Numbered from the whole stretch's first letter, positions 11,673 through 23,987 are shown. The stretch: DNA of 62,208 bases, filler included, from Choristocarpus tenellus KU-1152 (GCA_964200185.2; 11 parts of 11 records of this genome joined end to end with filler, not necessarily neighbours in it); one strand, 5' to 3'. A program made the numbers and translations. Notes: a model not told the origin generated them from the sequence alone.

Positions 11673-12197
11673 TGTTACAATGCGGAAGTCTTGGTAGGAC
11701 CTCCATGTTACAACACACTCTGGAATGTACCTCAACAGGATGTGTAGTTCTAATCCAGCGACCATTAAATGACGCTACTGAGGTATTTCCACATTATTTG
11801 ATAGCCACGTGCCGGTGTGAGCCACTCTTCTCTCGATGCTTCACTTAGTGCTTAGCTCAAAGCTTGACTTAGGGTTAGAATCGATAAATAAGGAGAGTGA
11901 GCAAGGATACAATGAGTGTCCAATCAAAGTATTTTTTATATTTACGTCATCCACCCGATTTCTACAGAGTACAAGTTAAAAGACATCTGCCAGCTGTTGT
12001 GCACGTACTCAAATTACAAATATTTCCTGTAACTTCTAAGAAATCGGTATTCATTCTGTGAGATTACTTATGAATTACAAATCTTACTCCGCATCTTTTA
12101 GCAAATCAGAATTCCTCTTGTAAGAATCCTTACGAGTGTATACTGCTCGCGCTTGCTAGAACACGAGAAGGAAAGCTCGCTCTATTCGCCTGTAACA
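11673..12197 (-). mobile_element. TGTTACA...TGTAACA element with 4-bp TSD (solo LTR-like)
   Basis: 7-bp inverted termini with a GACC/GACC duplication (11669-11672 and 12198-12201). It interrupts a GGGACCTTGTA motif that is intact in a related sequence at about 11348-11360. Confidence 0.8.
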
Positions 12198-12370
12198 GAC
12201 CTTGTACATATTTCTTCTGAAAGTTACTGCTCTTTTTATGTATCTAAAAGGCTTTGTATGCACAGCTTCCTATATTTTGGTATTTTCCCTCCCTGACACA
12301 TCCACAAAATGTCAAAGGTATAATAGTTATATATCCTCCTGGGGTGTATATATGTATGTATTATATGTAA

Positions 12371-12800
12371 GAGTCAAACCAACAGAGAGGTAGGGAGGGT
12401 TGTATTGAAAGGAATATGAGAAAGGGGAAAATATGCCATTTTTGTACAAATAACAGCAGATTTCAAAAATTGAGGATGGAGCTTTTCATTGAGGATTAAG
12501 CTTTTCATTGAGGATGGACTTAATACAAAAAAAACATATCGACACTTTCTCCCAGTCAATTTTGGGTCAAGCTCATCCTCAATGAAAAGCTCCATCCTCA
12601 ATTTTTGAAATCTGCTGTTAAATGCAGAAATATCATTTTCTGAAGTGTGGTGTCACTTTGTGTATAGATAGGGGGAACATCAGTTATACGTATACTAATA
12701 TGCACATAAAGCAATAATATAGAGTGTATTGCACAGGGTAAGAAGGATTGCTTTTATCACAAAAGGGTTTAACCTGCCTAGCTCTTAGTTGGTTTGACTC
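12371..12800. mobile_element. MITE family D (GAGYCAAAC... termini)
   Basis: GAGTCAAACCAACAGAGAGGTAGG ... CCTAGCTCTTAGTTGGTTTGACTC. Related ends occur at 20913, 26525-26789, 27062-27325 and more weakly at about 61508-61765. Confidence 0.7.
12451..12620. mobile_element. 170-bp hairpin MITE with 46-bp perfect arms, nested in the family D copy
   Basis: TAACAGCAGATTTCAAAAATTGAGGATGGAGCTTTTCATTGAGGAT is the exact reverse complement of the right end. Confidence 0.9.
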
Positions 12801-14576
12801 ATAGATAATATATGGAACTAACTTGTACTGATTGGGGGTAAAACCATAGCATCATAACGCTCCTCCACCAAGTAGTAGTGTTAATTTCCAACCAAAATTT
12901 TGAATAGAAGCATATATAGTTTGTCCGACTAATAATCCCGAAATTCAGGAAATAGATGAAACATCATGCCCTCCGGCATTTCCAGGTGTATCAAGGGAGG
13001 GGGGCACACATACCAAAACAACAATATTATCCCTATTACAAAAACGCGGATGCAATAGTTGTCATTGCTAAAATATCTACTTTAACAAATGTATCGTTTG
13101 AGAACTACTCTGTCTGGAGTATACCACAATAATAATATCCCCTTGGAGATTATTGTCCTATACTAACCAGTGGTCACACTGTTGCTATGCTATGCTTTCA
13201 ACCAAATTAGCCCAGCCCCACTATGACGGTGGATGAGGACCTGGGGAAGTATCCCAAGAATATTTCAGACCCCTTCTTGCTTACCTGCCCAGTGCCTTCA
13301 GCTTGAAGCACAGAATGCGTCTTGAAAGAGCCATTGCACAGTAATGATGGAGACTATCTGTTTAAAATGAGACTTGGCAGTCCCTTTCCCAAAATAACCC
13401 CCAGCCGCTCCCCCTCCTACCACATAGGTGGCCAACTCATCTAAGAAACTCTTTCTCTTGCTTATGAAGACATCCAAGACTTGTTACAGGCGATATGTCT
13501 TAATGGCGGTTTCACAAATGGCTCAAAGTATTGGGGGAGGGTGGCGGCTGTCCATTTGAGGTCATTTTTCATGTCGTGATTTTTGGGTGATTTGGTTGCA
13601 TACGTCGGATGGATAATGAAAATGCACTTTTCCAGATTTTGGTCCAAGTGGACACTCTGGTGTAGACCCAGCCCCTCTCCNNNNNNNNNNNNNNNNNNNN
13701 NNNNNNNNNNNNNNNNNNNNNNNNTTAATTAATTAANNNNNNNNNNNNNNNNNNNNNNNNNNNNNNNNNNNNNNNNNNNNAATTTGTGTTGATGATGGTG
13801 AAAGTAAGCATAGGTGTATGACGCAGTTGTGGTACACCTTGATGATCGAGGGATGGTTGGACAAGGAAGACGAAAAGGGAAGGAAGGCAGGAAAGCAGGC
13901 AGGCAGGCTGGCAGGAAATACAAAAACGTCAAAGTCTAGGTACCTCTCATTTACATTGAATCAATGCAAGATGTAACTTCACGTTGATAGCGTAATTGCA
14001 CCATGGCGAAATAGCTGGCGTATCTCAAGGCTGCGATTACTTTCCACGAGTTTTGTTGACATTCAGTCCAACTTGACGATATTGGAACCTTAGTAAATGC
14101 CAATCTTTTGGGTTTGATCCCCATTATGGTTACGCATCCATCAAAAAGGTTAACATGCCGCCAGGATACACACCTGTATTTTAGAAATTACCCTGACGAC
14201 CAAGGTGGTCCCTGATTAGAGGGATGGCAACCCTTGAGCGAAACCTAATCAAGCCCAACAGGTTGCGAACCCCATGATCAAGTTTTAAATTTTTAACCTA
14301 CACCTTTCCACTGGGAGGTAAAATACGGACATTTGAACATGATGTAGATGTGTTTCAACTTGCACAACAGGGGGAGGTCCCCATAATATAGTTTTTTTTT
14401 CAATAGTACGTTCTCTTGCTCTTGTGTGTTTGTAAATTCCTTCCAAGGATTACACAGAAAATTTACTTTCCACAGAAATCTAGTATTTTTGAATAGTAAT
14501 ACACCCTATCAAACTGGTGTGGATGAAGGGACTTAGGATAGTATTATTCCATTTGTAGAATATTATATTGATGTTT

Positions 14577-14754
14577 GGCTCGAAGTATCTGGGGGGGGTG
14601 GTGGCTGTCCATTCGGGGTCCATTTTCCATGTTTCGATTTTTGGGTGAATTTGGTTTCATTCGTTGGATGGATAATGTAAGTGCACTTCTCCTAGTCATG
14701 GGCTGAATGCACACCCTGGTGTAGAAACCCCCCCCCCCCCGGATACTTTGGGGC
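14577..14754. mobile_element. MITE family A copy
   Basis: GGCTCGAAGTATCTGn ... CnGGATACTTTGGGGC with TTT/TTT flanks, in opposite orientation to the 10110 copy. Confidence 0.88.
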
Positions 14755-15449
14755 TTTTTTCTGTCGATTACAACTTTCAATTTGTTCATACATAACACAC
14801 CCTTTGATGTATTTTTTCTATCCCCTACTGTTTCCAAATTTGGAGGTATTGTCTTTAATAGCATCTGGTGCCTATCAATGAGGTTCAGGAATCCCTACAA
14901 CGAGGAAAGCTATACAACATCGTCCCCAATGATCCCCTACACCTGCAACCTACATATTGACCTCCTTCAACGAATGGATGACTTACAACCCACTCCTCCG
15001 CTTCTCTGCAATGATGAGGAAGAACTGCATGAGACAGCAAAGGCTAAGTGACTGTGCACATGAGAGAAGATCGATGGTTTTCGCAATCACTTTTGGCGAT
15101 GAAACCAATGTAATTAAGTTTGGGAGTTGGTGTTTGCACCAAACCAAAATGTATTTACGGCATTCCAGAAGCAGAGCAAGGTACAGTTTGTAGCGGTATC
15201 GAGTTAGAAGTAGTTGGAGGAATCATCAGGGGTTACACTGAATGCAGCCACAGTGGTGCAGTACATCACAAGTTACACATTATATTGAGAGCTAGCAGCC
15301 CCAGGTGGAAAAGAGATTAAAATTTTTCAAAAGAGAGTGCCTTATACACATTGGTTGGAGGTCAGCTGCTGGTGGTAGGGAGAGAGGAAGTTTCCTCCTT
15401 CGATATGGAGTCATGCCGTGGTGTTGGTGATAAGACATGTGGCTTCATT

Positions 15450-15640
15450 GACTCACATCAGTGGTGGCGAGAAAGGTCTTCGTCCTTTCCACACTTGGTC
15501 AAGCTCCCCGGCATGTTTTGACTATTACTACTTCGCGGGCTGACTTGGAGCAAATGCTCTCACCATCTGGGAATATTGCCACGGCCAAAAGGAACAGACT
15601 AGATCCAGAAAATGTTTTTTTCTCCATATATTTGGATGAA
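15450..15640 (+). pseudogene. hAT transposase relic (C-terminal dimerisation domain)
   Basis: DSHQWWRERSSSFPHLVKL, then a frameshift, then RHVLTITTSRADLEQMLSPSGNIATAKRNRLDPENVFFSIYL. This matches the hAT WW..FPxL..LAR..ER.FS..G...RNRL motif. Confidence 0.8.
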
Positions 15641-16319
15641 GGTAGGGGTGCATGGGAGAAAGCCAAGCAGGCAGCTGCCACCCGAAGACTAGAGAAAAAT
15701 AGTCACTGCAGCAGCAGCAGCTGATGTTAGACCTAGGATTGGGATTCTTAAAGTGCTCCTGTAGTTTAGAAGCACACCCATTGTATCAGTACTTTTTATT
15801 TGTTCCTGTTGCGTTCTTTCCTACTGCAAACTTTGCTAAGCAATATAGGTCTGTGTTGACTATAATATTTTTCCGTGTCCTTTACTACTGAAGTATGATG
15901 TAATGTAACTCCTCTCTTTTTGCGAAATCTCATCAATGCTTATTGCTGTGTAGCATAAATAGTAGAAGAGTTGTCATATACAATGAATCCATCTTCACTC
16001 TTCTTCACAGTCAGTCCATCGGACACAGATTTTTCAACCTTCAAAAAAACTATCTGGGGCCTACATGGTTATTATGACCCCATCAGTATCCACGGTTGTT
16101 TCACGGTTAGAGCTTCGGTTTGGGGAATGTAGATGATCTATGCCGCAAACCTAGCATTGGAAATCTACGACTAGACCGGTAGTAATCATGGAGATATCGG
16201 AAAACCGTATAATACCATCAGAATTGCCCAACCACCGAACTGTGGTGACTGTGGGTGCTATTCACGCTACCAAATAGATAGTATTCCAACAAATATACAA
16301 CGATAATACTGTCCACTTC

Positions 16320-16565
16320 TTATCCCCACCCTTCTTCCAGACTAAATTGTTGCACACAACCAAACAGGCTTATCAAACTGTTCTCCTTATCGTAATCGTC
16401 CTTGTCGTCCTTGTCTTCTTTCTGCTGCTCCTCGTCCTCCTCCTCCTCTTCATCTTCCTCCTCATCCTCCTCCTTGTCGTCGCCGGTGTTGTCTTCCTTT
16501 TCGTCCCCCTTCTCCCCCCCCCCCTCCTCTCCTCCTCCCTTCACCGTAGTTTTCCGTCCCTTTCT
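16320..16565 (-). CDS. Possible exon encoding an acidic low-complexity segment (gene truncated by a linker)
   Basis: Open frame rich in E/D/K running from the contig end. No recognisable domain. Confidence 0.35.
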   Translation of the reverse strand, partial: RKGRKTTVKGGGEEGGGEKGDEKEDNTGDDKEEDEEEDEEEEEDEEQQKEDKDDKDDYDKENSLISLFGCVQQFSLEEGWG

Positions 16566-16940
16566 NNNNNNNNNNNNNNNNNNNNNNNNNNNNNNNNNNN
16601 NNNNNNNNNTTAATTAATTAANNNNNNNNNNNNNNNNNNNNNNNNNNNNNNNNNNNNNNNNNNNNTCCTGATTTTGACCTAAATGGACACCCTGGTGTAG
16701 ACCCCCCCCCCCTCCCAGATACTTTGGGTCTAAAGTTGAAGGGAGTGCAGGTGTTGGTGATGTGATGTATTTCCAGTATGGAGAGGAAACGTATTGCTTA
16801 GGCCTTGGCTGTACAGCCCACCAAAATATCTGTGTTGATGTGTAGCCCCCTTCGTGGTTGTCTTATTTCTGAGTTAAGACCAGCCCCACAGTCTTATCTC
16901 TTGCTCAAAGACTGAATACTGGGTGGTATGGGCAGGGGTT

Positions 16941-17110
16941 ATGTCTAAGGAGCTGGATGGCTTATTGGAAACAGGTACCTTCAGTGGTGCAGATCCACCC
17001 TCGCGTCACAAGGCTATTGGATCCAAGTGGATGTTCAAGTTGAAGGGTGACAGGTTTAGGATGTATAATGGGGCTAAGGCTAGGCTAATTGCTTAAGGTT
17101 TTGGCCAGGA
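16941..17110 (+). pseudogene. Ty1/Copia reverse transcriptase N-terminal relic
   Basis: MSKELDGLLETGTFSGADPPSRHKAIGSKWMFKLKGDRFRMYNGAKARLIA*GFGQ matches the Copia motif IGxKWVFxxK...KARLVAxGFxQ, with an in-frame stop. Confidence 0.88.
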
Positions 17111-17494
17111 AGATTGCATCGGTTGCTTTGATGCCTCTGCCCACTCACGTCCGTTTCGGTCAAGCAACTCTTTTTTTGCTGACATATCAAATCCGACACG
17201 TGCGACCAAATCACACTAAAAGAGTGAAAATCAAAAAAAGGGTGAAAAACGGACGCGGACACCCCCCCTCAGATACTTTGACCCAATGGCCGATGTGACC
17301 TGTGAGTTGGACTGGGGGATGTGGCATCTAGATGTAGAGCAGGCCTTTGTTCAATTTGATCAGGATGAGGAAGTGTACATGTGCCTCCACAGGTCCCTCT
17401 ATGGTAATGCAAACCTCTAGGACTTGGAATGCCAAGCTGGCTTCCGCCCGTAAGTGTAATGGTTTTGAGCAATGTCTGATTGACCCTTGCATCT

Positions 17495-17752
17495 GAGTGA
17501 AAGTATCTTAGAGGGTACGAGTTTTTCCTTTTTTGTCCATTTGGGGCTTGGATTCCCTTGGGGTTTTTATGACATTTTCCCACTCCAAAATGTTTCGGAG
17601 TAGGTAAAATTTACACGTTACGAAAAGGTGTGTCCGGAACAAGGATATTGACACCTCCTAATAAACACGATAGCCAAAATTTCATCAAAATCGCAACATT
17701 GGATTTTGGCCCCCAATTGGACACGGATCTACCCTCTAAGATACTTTGGCTC
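17495..17752. mobile_element. MITE family B (about 255 bp; TIR GAGYSAAAGTATCTTAGAGGGTA)
   Basis: GAGTGAAAGTATCTTAGAGGGTA ... TACCCTCTAAGATACTTTGGCTC with an ATCT/ATCT duplication. Confidence 0.9.
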
Positions 17753-20700
17753 ATCTTTTAGACTTCGGAGGGATGCTGTTGTCAAGATAATCCTTACAGT
17801 CTCCATGTAGATGGCATCATGGTCTTGGCTTCTGGTTATGCTTGAAATTATATTTGTACCTCTCTGAATGAAGGGTTTCGCACCAAGAAAATCATTTGCT
17901 TGTTGTCTCAGTTCTCTGGTTGCACCTACATGAGAGACTGGAAGCGTGGTACCCTCTACAACATCACCCAGACTAGGTACATTGACAATATGTGAACGTT
18001 TTTCCACCCAATCATTTCGTTCCATGCCTGCTGCCCCTTCCAGAAAGCTGGAATTTGGAAGGGATATGCTCTGTGGGAGGATTGCCCTTTCCATACACTC
18101 CTCTCTCCCAACCATGCTACCACTTCCTCCGTTCGGAATTAAACGTAACATACCTCTCGCAACCCCTATAAAGAATCAAGTTTTGTCGTATCTTCATATT
18201 TTATGGGTGTATTGTGCAGAAACAAAAGGTAGTCCACCAAAATCTCAAGCAAAATAGGGCAGCGTATACCTATCTATATGATTACGCCCCCAAAACTTTC
18301 CAATACTCCATTCCAGCACAGTATTTCACCGCATCCAATGAGGCATTCGGGGGAGCTTGCCCACCTTCTTAGCATTTCCTCAGTAAGATGGAAATTTTGA
18401 AGACATTCTCACCCTTGGGACCTATCGCTTCACCATAGACTGCGAAGAGGCTCTGCCAGACATGCTCTGGTGTCTCCGGAAGGTACACATGAAACGCCTC
18501 CACTGTAGCCTCCAGCAGCTCCTCTGTTGGTCACCCCCTTGTCTTCCTTCACTTGCTGGATGGATTAAAATAATCCCAGGCCATTGATGTTGACGTCAGG
18601 TGAGTTGGCTGGCCGGGTGTGTATGATCATGTCATCCCCCTTTGCCACCTCAATTGCCTCCATGATCCCTGCTTTGGTGTGTGGCTTTGCTCCGTCCTGC
18701 TGCACAAAGATGGTGATGTCTCCTTCCGGCCTAGGCATTCGGGCCTTGATTGCTGGGATGACATCCTCAATCATGAACTTCTTACCTCTCCGTGCCCACC
18801 ATGGCTGGCACAAGCACCTTAGTGCCCTTGAGGCAGAGTTTGCTGGAGCACTGAGTGACCTTAGTGTCCACGATCGACCAGATCCCGATTTCCCATCAAA
18901 CCACACCCCGTTCGTGAGCTACCGAGGGCAGGCTATACAGCTGCAACAAACATCATCTTTGTAATGTAACGCTTATTCTGTGACCGTGGGGGGTTTGGGG
19001 GGGGGTCCCAGTGGGATGCAGGTACACACCTTGCCTATCTTTGAGGATGAAAAAACACTTTTGCTCCTCCTATGCATGTGACTGATGATGAAACCCACCC
19101 TGTTGACTTTCTGCTGATCTGAGAGGACTGACTTAATCCACCGCTTGACTTTGTTCACCTTCTCACACTTGCACAGATCCCACAACGAGGCAAAGGAGAC
19201 CCCAGATTTGGACACCCATTTGCGGGAGGATGTATGGTGTACCAATGAATGAAAGTGTCCTAGGGGGTACGAGTTTTGCCCTGTTTGTCAGTTTGGGGCT
19301 TGGCTCTCACGGTTTATTAATGACATTTTCCTACTCCGAAATGTTTTGGAGTAGGAAATATGTACATTTTGAAAAGGTGTGCCTGGAACAAGGATATTGA
19401 AACTTCCTAGCAAACACGAAAGCCAAAATTACATCAAAATCGCAACAACGTAATTTTGCCCCCAAACGGATGCGGCTCTACCTTCTAAGAAACTTTGACT
19501 CAATGGGACACCCCTAACGTCAAGGATACTTGTACGCTTGCCACATCGCCCTCTTGGGACGTCGTACAAGGTCCATACTGCATTCACTCTGTACAATCTG
19601 ACTGTCATACTCCTTCAGATGATGGAACAAGGTGATACGGGAAATTCTGAAGTCTTCCACGACGGCTGCCGTTGTCCCCTGAAGCATCCGAGTCTCGTGC
19701 CCTCTGGTCTCCCTGTATCACACTACCACACTGTTCTTCGTTGGGGTGTTTAAGTCCTGACCCTGGGCAGACTTCTAGGCTGAAGAATTGGGACTAACGG
19801 ACAACGATGAGATGAGCGATTTGCTCAATAGACCGGGGAGCTTCGTCCTAGGCATCCCAATAAACACCTGCTTGGAGAGTTTCACGAGGTTTTTTAACCT
19901 TGCAAAATGCAACTTTGTCAACTTTGCAATTGTGATCCTCTACGGTCACGACAGTCCATCATCTCAAACTTTGCATGCCTCCCAATCTATATGAGAACTA
20001 AGTCTCGTTCAGAGAGTTTATCACGTTAGTTATTCCTGGGCAAGAACGGAGTTTTCAAAAGTTATGTTACATTTAATTCTGAACGGAGGAAGTACATGAA
20101 TACATGTGATCCGTGATTCTACACAAAGACATGCCATCATTCTTATCCTCTTAACAGGACGCCAATACATTAATGATTGTGTTCATGTTTGTTCCTACAT
20201 GTCCTCTAACCTGTTTTTTTCTAATTACAATACCAATCAATCAGCTACTACTTTCTACAAACTAACAAGCTTAGGGTAGTACTACCTCCGTGCAATAAGT
20301 CTGTGTCGCGTTTTTCATAACTTTTGAAGATGTTGATGAAATTAATTTCTGAACGAGGATTTGGAATCCTTGACGAATATCTGGTTAGGGTCAGATCCTT
20401 TTATTATTATTACTCCCCATCCATCACAATTTTATGAGCCACAGAAAAAGCCTCCATGTCTACCTTTGGCGAGTTTTCAAACTCACCAGACAACTGCTTC
20501 TTCCTCACCCCTGTGTGCTCTACACTGAAGTCATTCCCCCGTTGTATCTAAGTATCTAGCCCAGATGTTTCGAGGCACAAACTTACGGCACAGAGGTAGT
20601 AGAATAATAGTCTGGATATTGAGATACCTTCGCTTTGATATTTTTTTTGTCCGCAATATAATTACTTTTATCTGGAAGAAACATGGTCTATTGAGGTTTG

Positions 20701-22813
20701 AACTCAATTGAATGTGTTGGTATCAGTGAAGACTGTTGGGGCACATTTTTGGGGATGAACCAACCATATTCTTTATGGGTTACTCTCCTCCTGCTGTAGA
20801 GGACATTCATGAAATGCAACCGCAAAGTATGTAAAAACTAATGCTCCTGGTACAGTTACCTCTGTAATGATATAAAAAATATCACAAATAGACGTTATGA
20901 TTGATTGTCAACGAGCCAAACAATTGAGAGGTAGGGTGGTTTGGACCCTTTTGCATTCGAAGACATCTTTCTTACCCCATGCTATGGACTCTATTTCATT
21001 GCTTTGTGTATAATGCCATAGCGTACAAGCCGAAGTAAACAATAGGTACCCAGTTTTTTTTGCAGTTTTGCATTTTATAGGCAGTTTTTCAATCTATTGC
21101 AATTTACCTATATTTTCTATGGATGAAGCGCTAAGTTTGATATGAGAGCGCTGATTTCTGTATTGTTAGAGACTTCTCGACAAAATGAAGAACATGCCCT
21201 ACGGTAATTTGAAGAAAAAGCTAAATTTTGGATATATTTCTCAGCATCCTTCAAATGCAACTATTGCGTACCTCTCGTTTACTTTGACTCACATCACTTT
21301 GCCTTCGTCCATTAGTAGTACCACCACCACCACTAATAAGTATTCCAAAAAAATCAAAAACCTGAAAAATTCACAACTCCCTGCTAGCACCAGTTTGTAT
21401 AGCTACCTCGTCATCTCTCACGTACATACGTACATTGTACAACCAAGTAATTCCTGTGCGTCCATCTCTCTGCGTGTACCAGGATTGCCTCTATGAAGCT
21501 CTTGTTTTGTATAGTTCTTATGTAGGTCAAATCTCGGGGCAACACTTTGGATCACTTCACAGTCCCACCTCTCCTCTCCAACGTGGAATCCCAGAGTAGG
21601 TCATAATTATAAAAGTATACCCTTAACGACAAAAATGAAAGCTGTGGTACGAAGAGGACTTACGTAGTACATAATAAAAAATGATCGCTAATTCCTACTA
21701 CTACACTGCATTTTTATAGAGGCAGCGGTCCTGAAGAATCACAATTTACCTACACATACACAAGGCCATTAATGGGAAACTTGTTCAGTTCATGAAAACG
21801 GACAAGCATGAGTAACACCAATTTCACTTGAACTGAGATGTCCTCACTAAGAGGCAACAGATATAACACCACATAGAAATAACTCAATTTGCGGAGGGGA
21901 TGGGGAGATTTAAGGCTCATATTGTGGATCATTCTAGTGTTGCATACAACAACCTCCACATGTAAGTAGTATCTGCTCACAAAGTTGGTGTGTGTATGTG
22001 TGTCCAGATTTCAAAATCCAAGTAGTCTCTTCACACTTTGTCCCTTTACTATGTCACAACAAGCAAAGAAGAAATCTCCTGCACAATCAAAGCAGGTTGC
22101 TTAGTTGCACGCTTCTTCTCTCAACTCAGTCAGCATTTCTCTATCACCTAAAAAAGGCAGCCTTGAAAACACTCAAGCACAGCAAATATAATAAGCACAG
22201 AAACCTTCAAATATTCCACCTTAGATCCCATTTCCAATAATGGAAGCATCTACCTGCTGCATAGTTCCTGCAATTGTGTAAGCAAGCAAGATAACCAGTC
22301 ATTTTCTACTTTGACCTACAGATACCCTGCCCACCCTCCCATGGTTGAATACTGCATGCATGACTACTCCACTATCACAATGCCCTTTCTTTCCGTTCTA
22401 GAGGGCATCAAACCCACCTACTTAGCATGCCCCCTCCCTCCACCACCCTAACAGCATACGCCACCACACTCCAATAAGCCCACACTCAGATCTGCTTGGT
22501 AAACACTGTCTTTGCTACTACATTTCCTCTCAAAATTGCACAACATAAATAAAAGACTGCTCATGCCCAACCCCTGACCATGCTACTGCTGCCTTCGGTC
22601 CAGGTTGGGAATGTCTGAACTGAGAGTCCTCTGTCGTAAGAACATATCCACGGGTGTGTAACCCAACACAGCATGGGCCGTTGTCCACCTTTGGGGGGGG
22701 GGGGTGGAAGGACTTCTACGTACGGCAGCGTCCAAAAAATGGTCTGTGCATGAAGATTTCAATCGAAACCAGATTTCCATGGAAAGAAAAATCTGGCGTC
22801 GAGGGGGTTCCAT
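17753..22813 (-). CDS. Possible multi-exon gene of unknown function (fragmentary)
   Basis: Several same-strand open frames with splice-like ends at about 22813-22600, 21620-21430, 20550-20463 and 18150-17753. No recognisable domain, and phases were not all verified. Confidence 0.3.
18380..19245 (-). pseudogene. Tc1/mariner transposase relic, plant-mariner-like (Soymar/Osmar-type motifs)
   Basis: KRWIKSVLSDQQKVNRVGF ... MMFVAAV ... WFDGK ... FMIEDVIPAIKARMP ... IFVQQDGAKPH ... RPANSPDVNINGLGLF, with frameshifts and stops. Confidence 0.9.
19247..19501. mobile_element. MITE family B, second copy
   Basis: Colinear with 17495-17752, with degenerate TIRs and AAT/AAT flanks. It abuts the mariner relic. 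Confidence 0.85.
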
Positions 22814-23803
22814 NNNNNNNNNNNNNNNNNNNNNNNNNNNNNNNNNNNNNNNNNNNNTTAATTAATTAANNNNNNNNNNNNNNNNNNNNNNNNNNNNNNN
22901 NNNNNNNNNNNNNCTGTCGCTTGCTCACGACCGATGGGTACACTGGGTAAGGGGGGGGGAGGTCAAGTTCCTGCGGGGTAGATGTCTTGTAGCTCAAAGG
23001 CACGGTATGAAGTGGATCATGAAGGGGTGTTCTTGCATGATTGTGGAGTGGTGTTGAGTGGTGTGGGAACTGCTGGGAGTGGTAACTTGTATGGGGTTGA
23101 AAGGTGAGGGAGGTGACTGGAAATCAGTGACGAAGGGCATTCGCACTGGCTGGTCACCTCATGGGGGGGGGTAAATAGGAAGCCAGGAAAGGAATGATGA
23201 ATAGGGGAATGGCAAACAAGGAATAAGCTCATAATAATAATCCAGAATTCGTGAGCAAAACAAAGTATCAATTATTTGTATTTTGAAGCAATGGTATGAA
23301 CAATTTGTAGGCTAACGAGGGAAACAATGCGCATAGTGGCAAGTGGTACAGACTGATGAATTATCGAATATTTTGACACGTATATATGTGAGATGGTAAT
23401 GAGTCTCTTATCAGACATGATATCAAAAAGTGCCGACAACCTTGAAAGTGTTTCCTACATGTTACACACAAGGGTGGCATACATATTGGAACATTTATGT
23501 TTGTGTGCGAGAAGTGCGAGCCTTTGGAAGGTACATCTTCCTTGATATCGATACAAATGTGTATGGTGAGAGATGTGTACCTTCACAAAAACATATCATT
23601 CCTGATAGGTGATGAATTTGCACAATATTCCACTTGTTTTGTATCCTGTTCATCACAATTGTAACGATTATTACTATTACTATTACTATTACTATGTTAG
23701 TGTTAGTATTAGTACTAGTATTAGTATTTCTATTACGACTATACTACTACTACTACAATTATTATCCTTTCTGATACCATTTGGCGACTACAATATGCAA
23801 GAA

Positions 23804-23987
23804 GACACAAAGTATCTGGGGGGGGGGGGGGGGGGGGGTCTACACCAGGGTATCCATTTGGACCACAACCAGGAAAAGTGTATTTACATTATCCATCCGA
23901 TGAATGCAACCTAATAACCCAAAAATCGCAACATGAAAACATTGACTCAAAATGGACAGCCGCTACCCCCCCCAGATACTTCGAGTC
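23804..23987. mobile_element. MITE family A copy
   Basis: GACACAAAGTATCTGn ... CnAGATACTTCGAGTC with an AGAA/AGAA duplication. Confidence 0.9.

Noticed and set aside
10312-12197. A single TRIM with two LTRs
   Set aside because: The two repeats are strongly diverged and each has its own distinct 4-bp TSD.
18380-19501. The mariner relic as the autonomous partner of MITE families A and B
   Set aside because: Mariners duplicate TA, whereas these MITEs show 3-4 bp non-TA duplications. The adjacent family B copy looks like a separate insertion.
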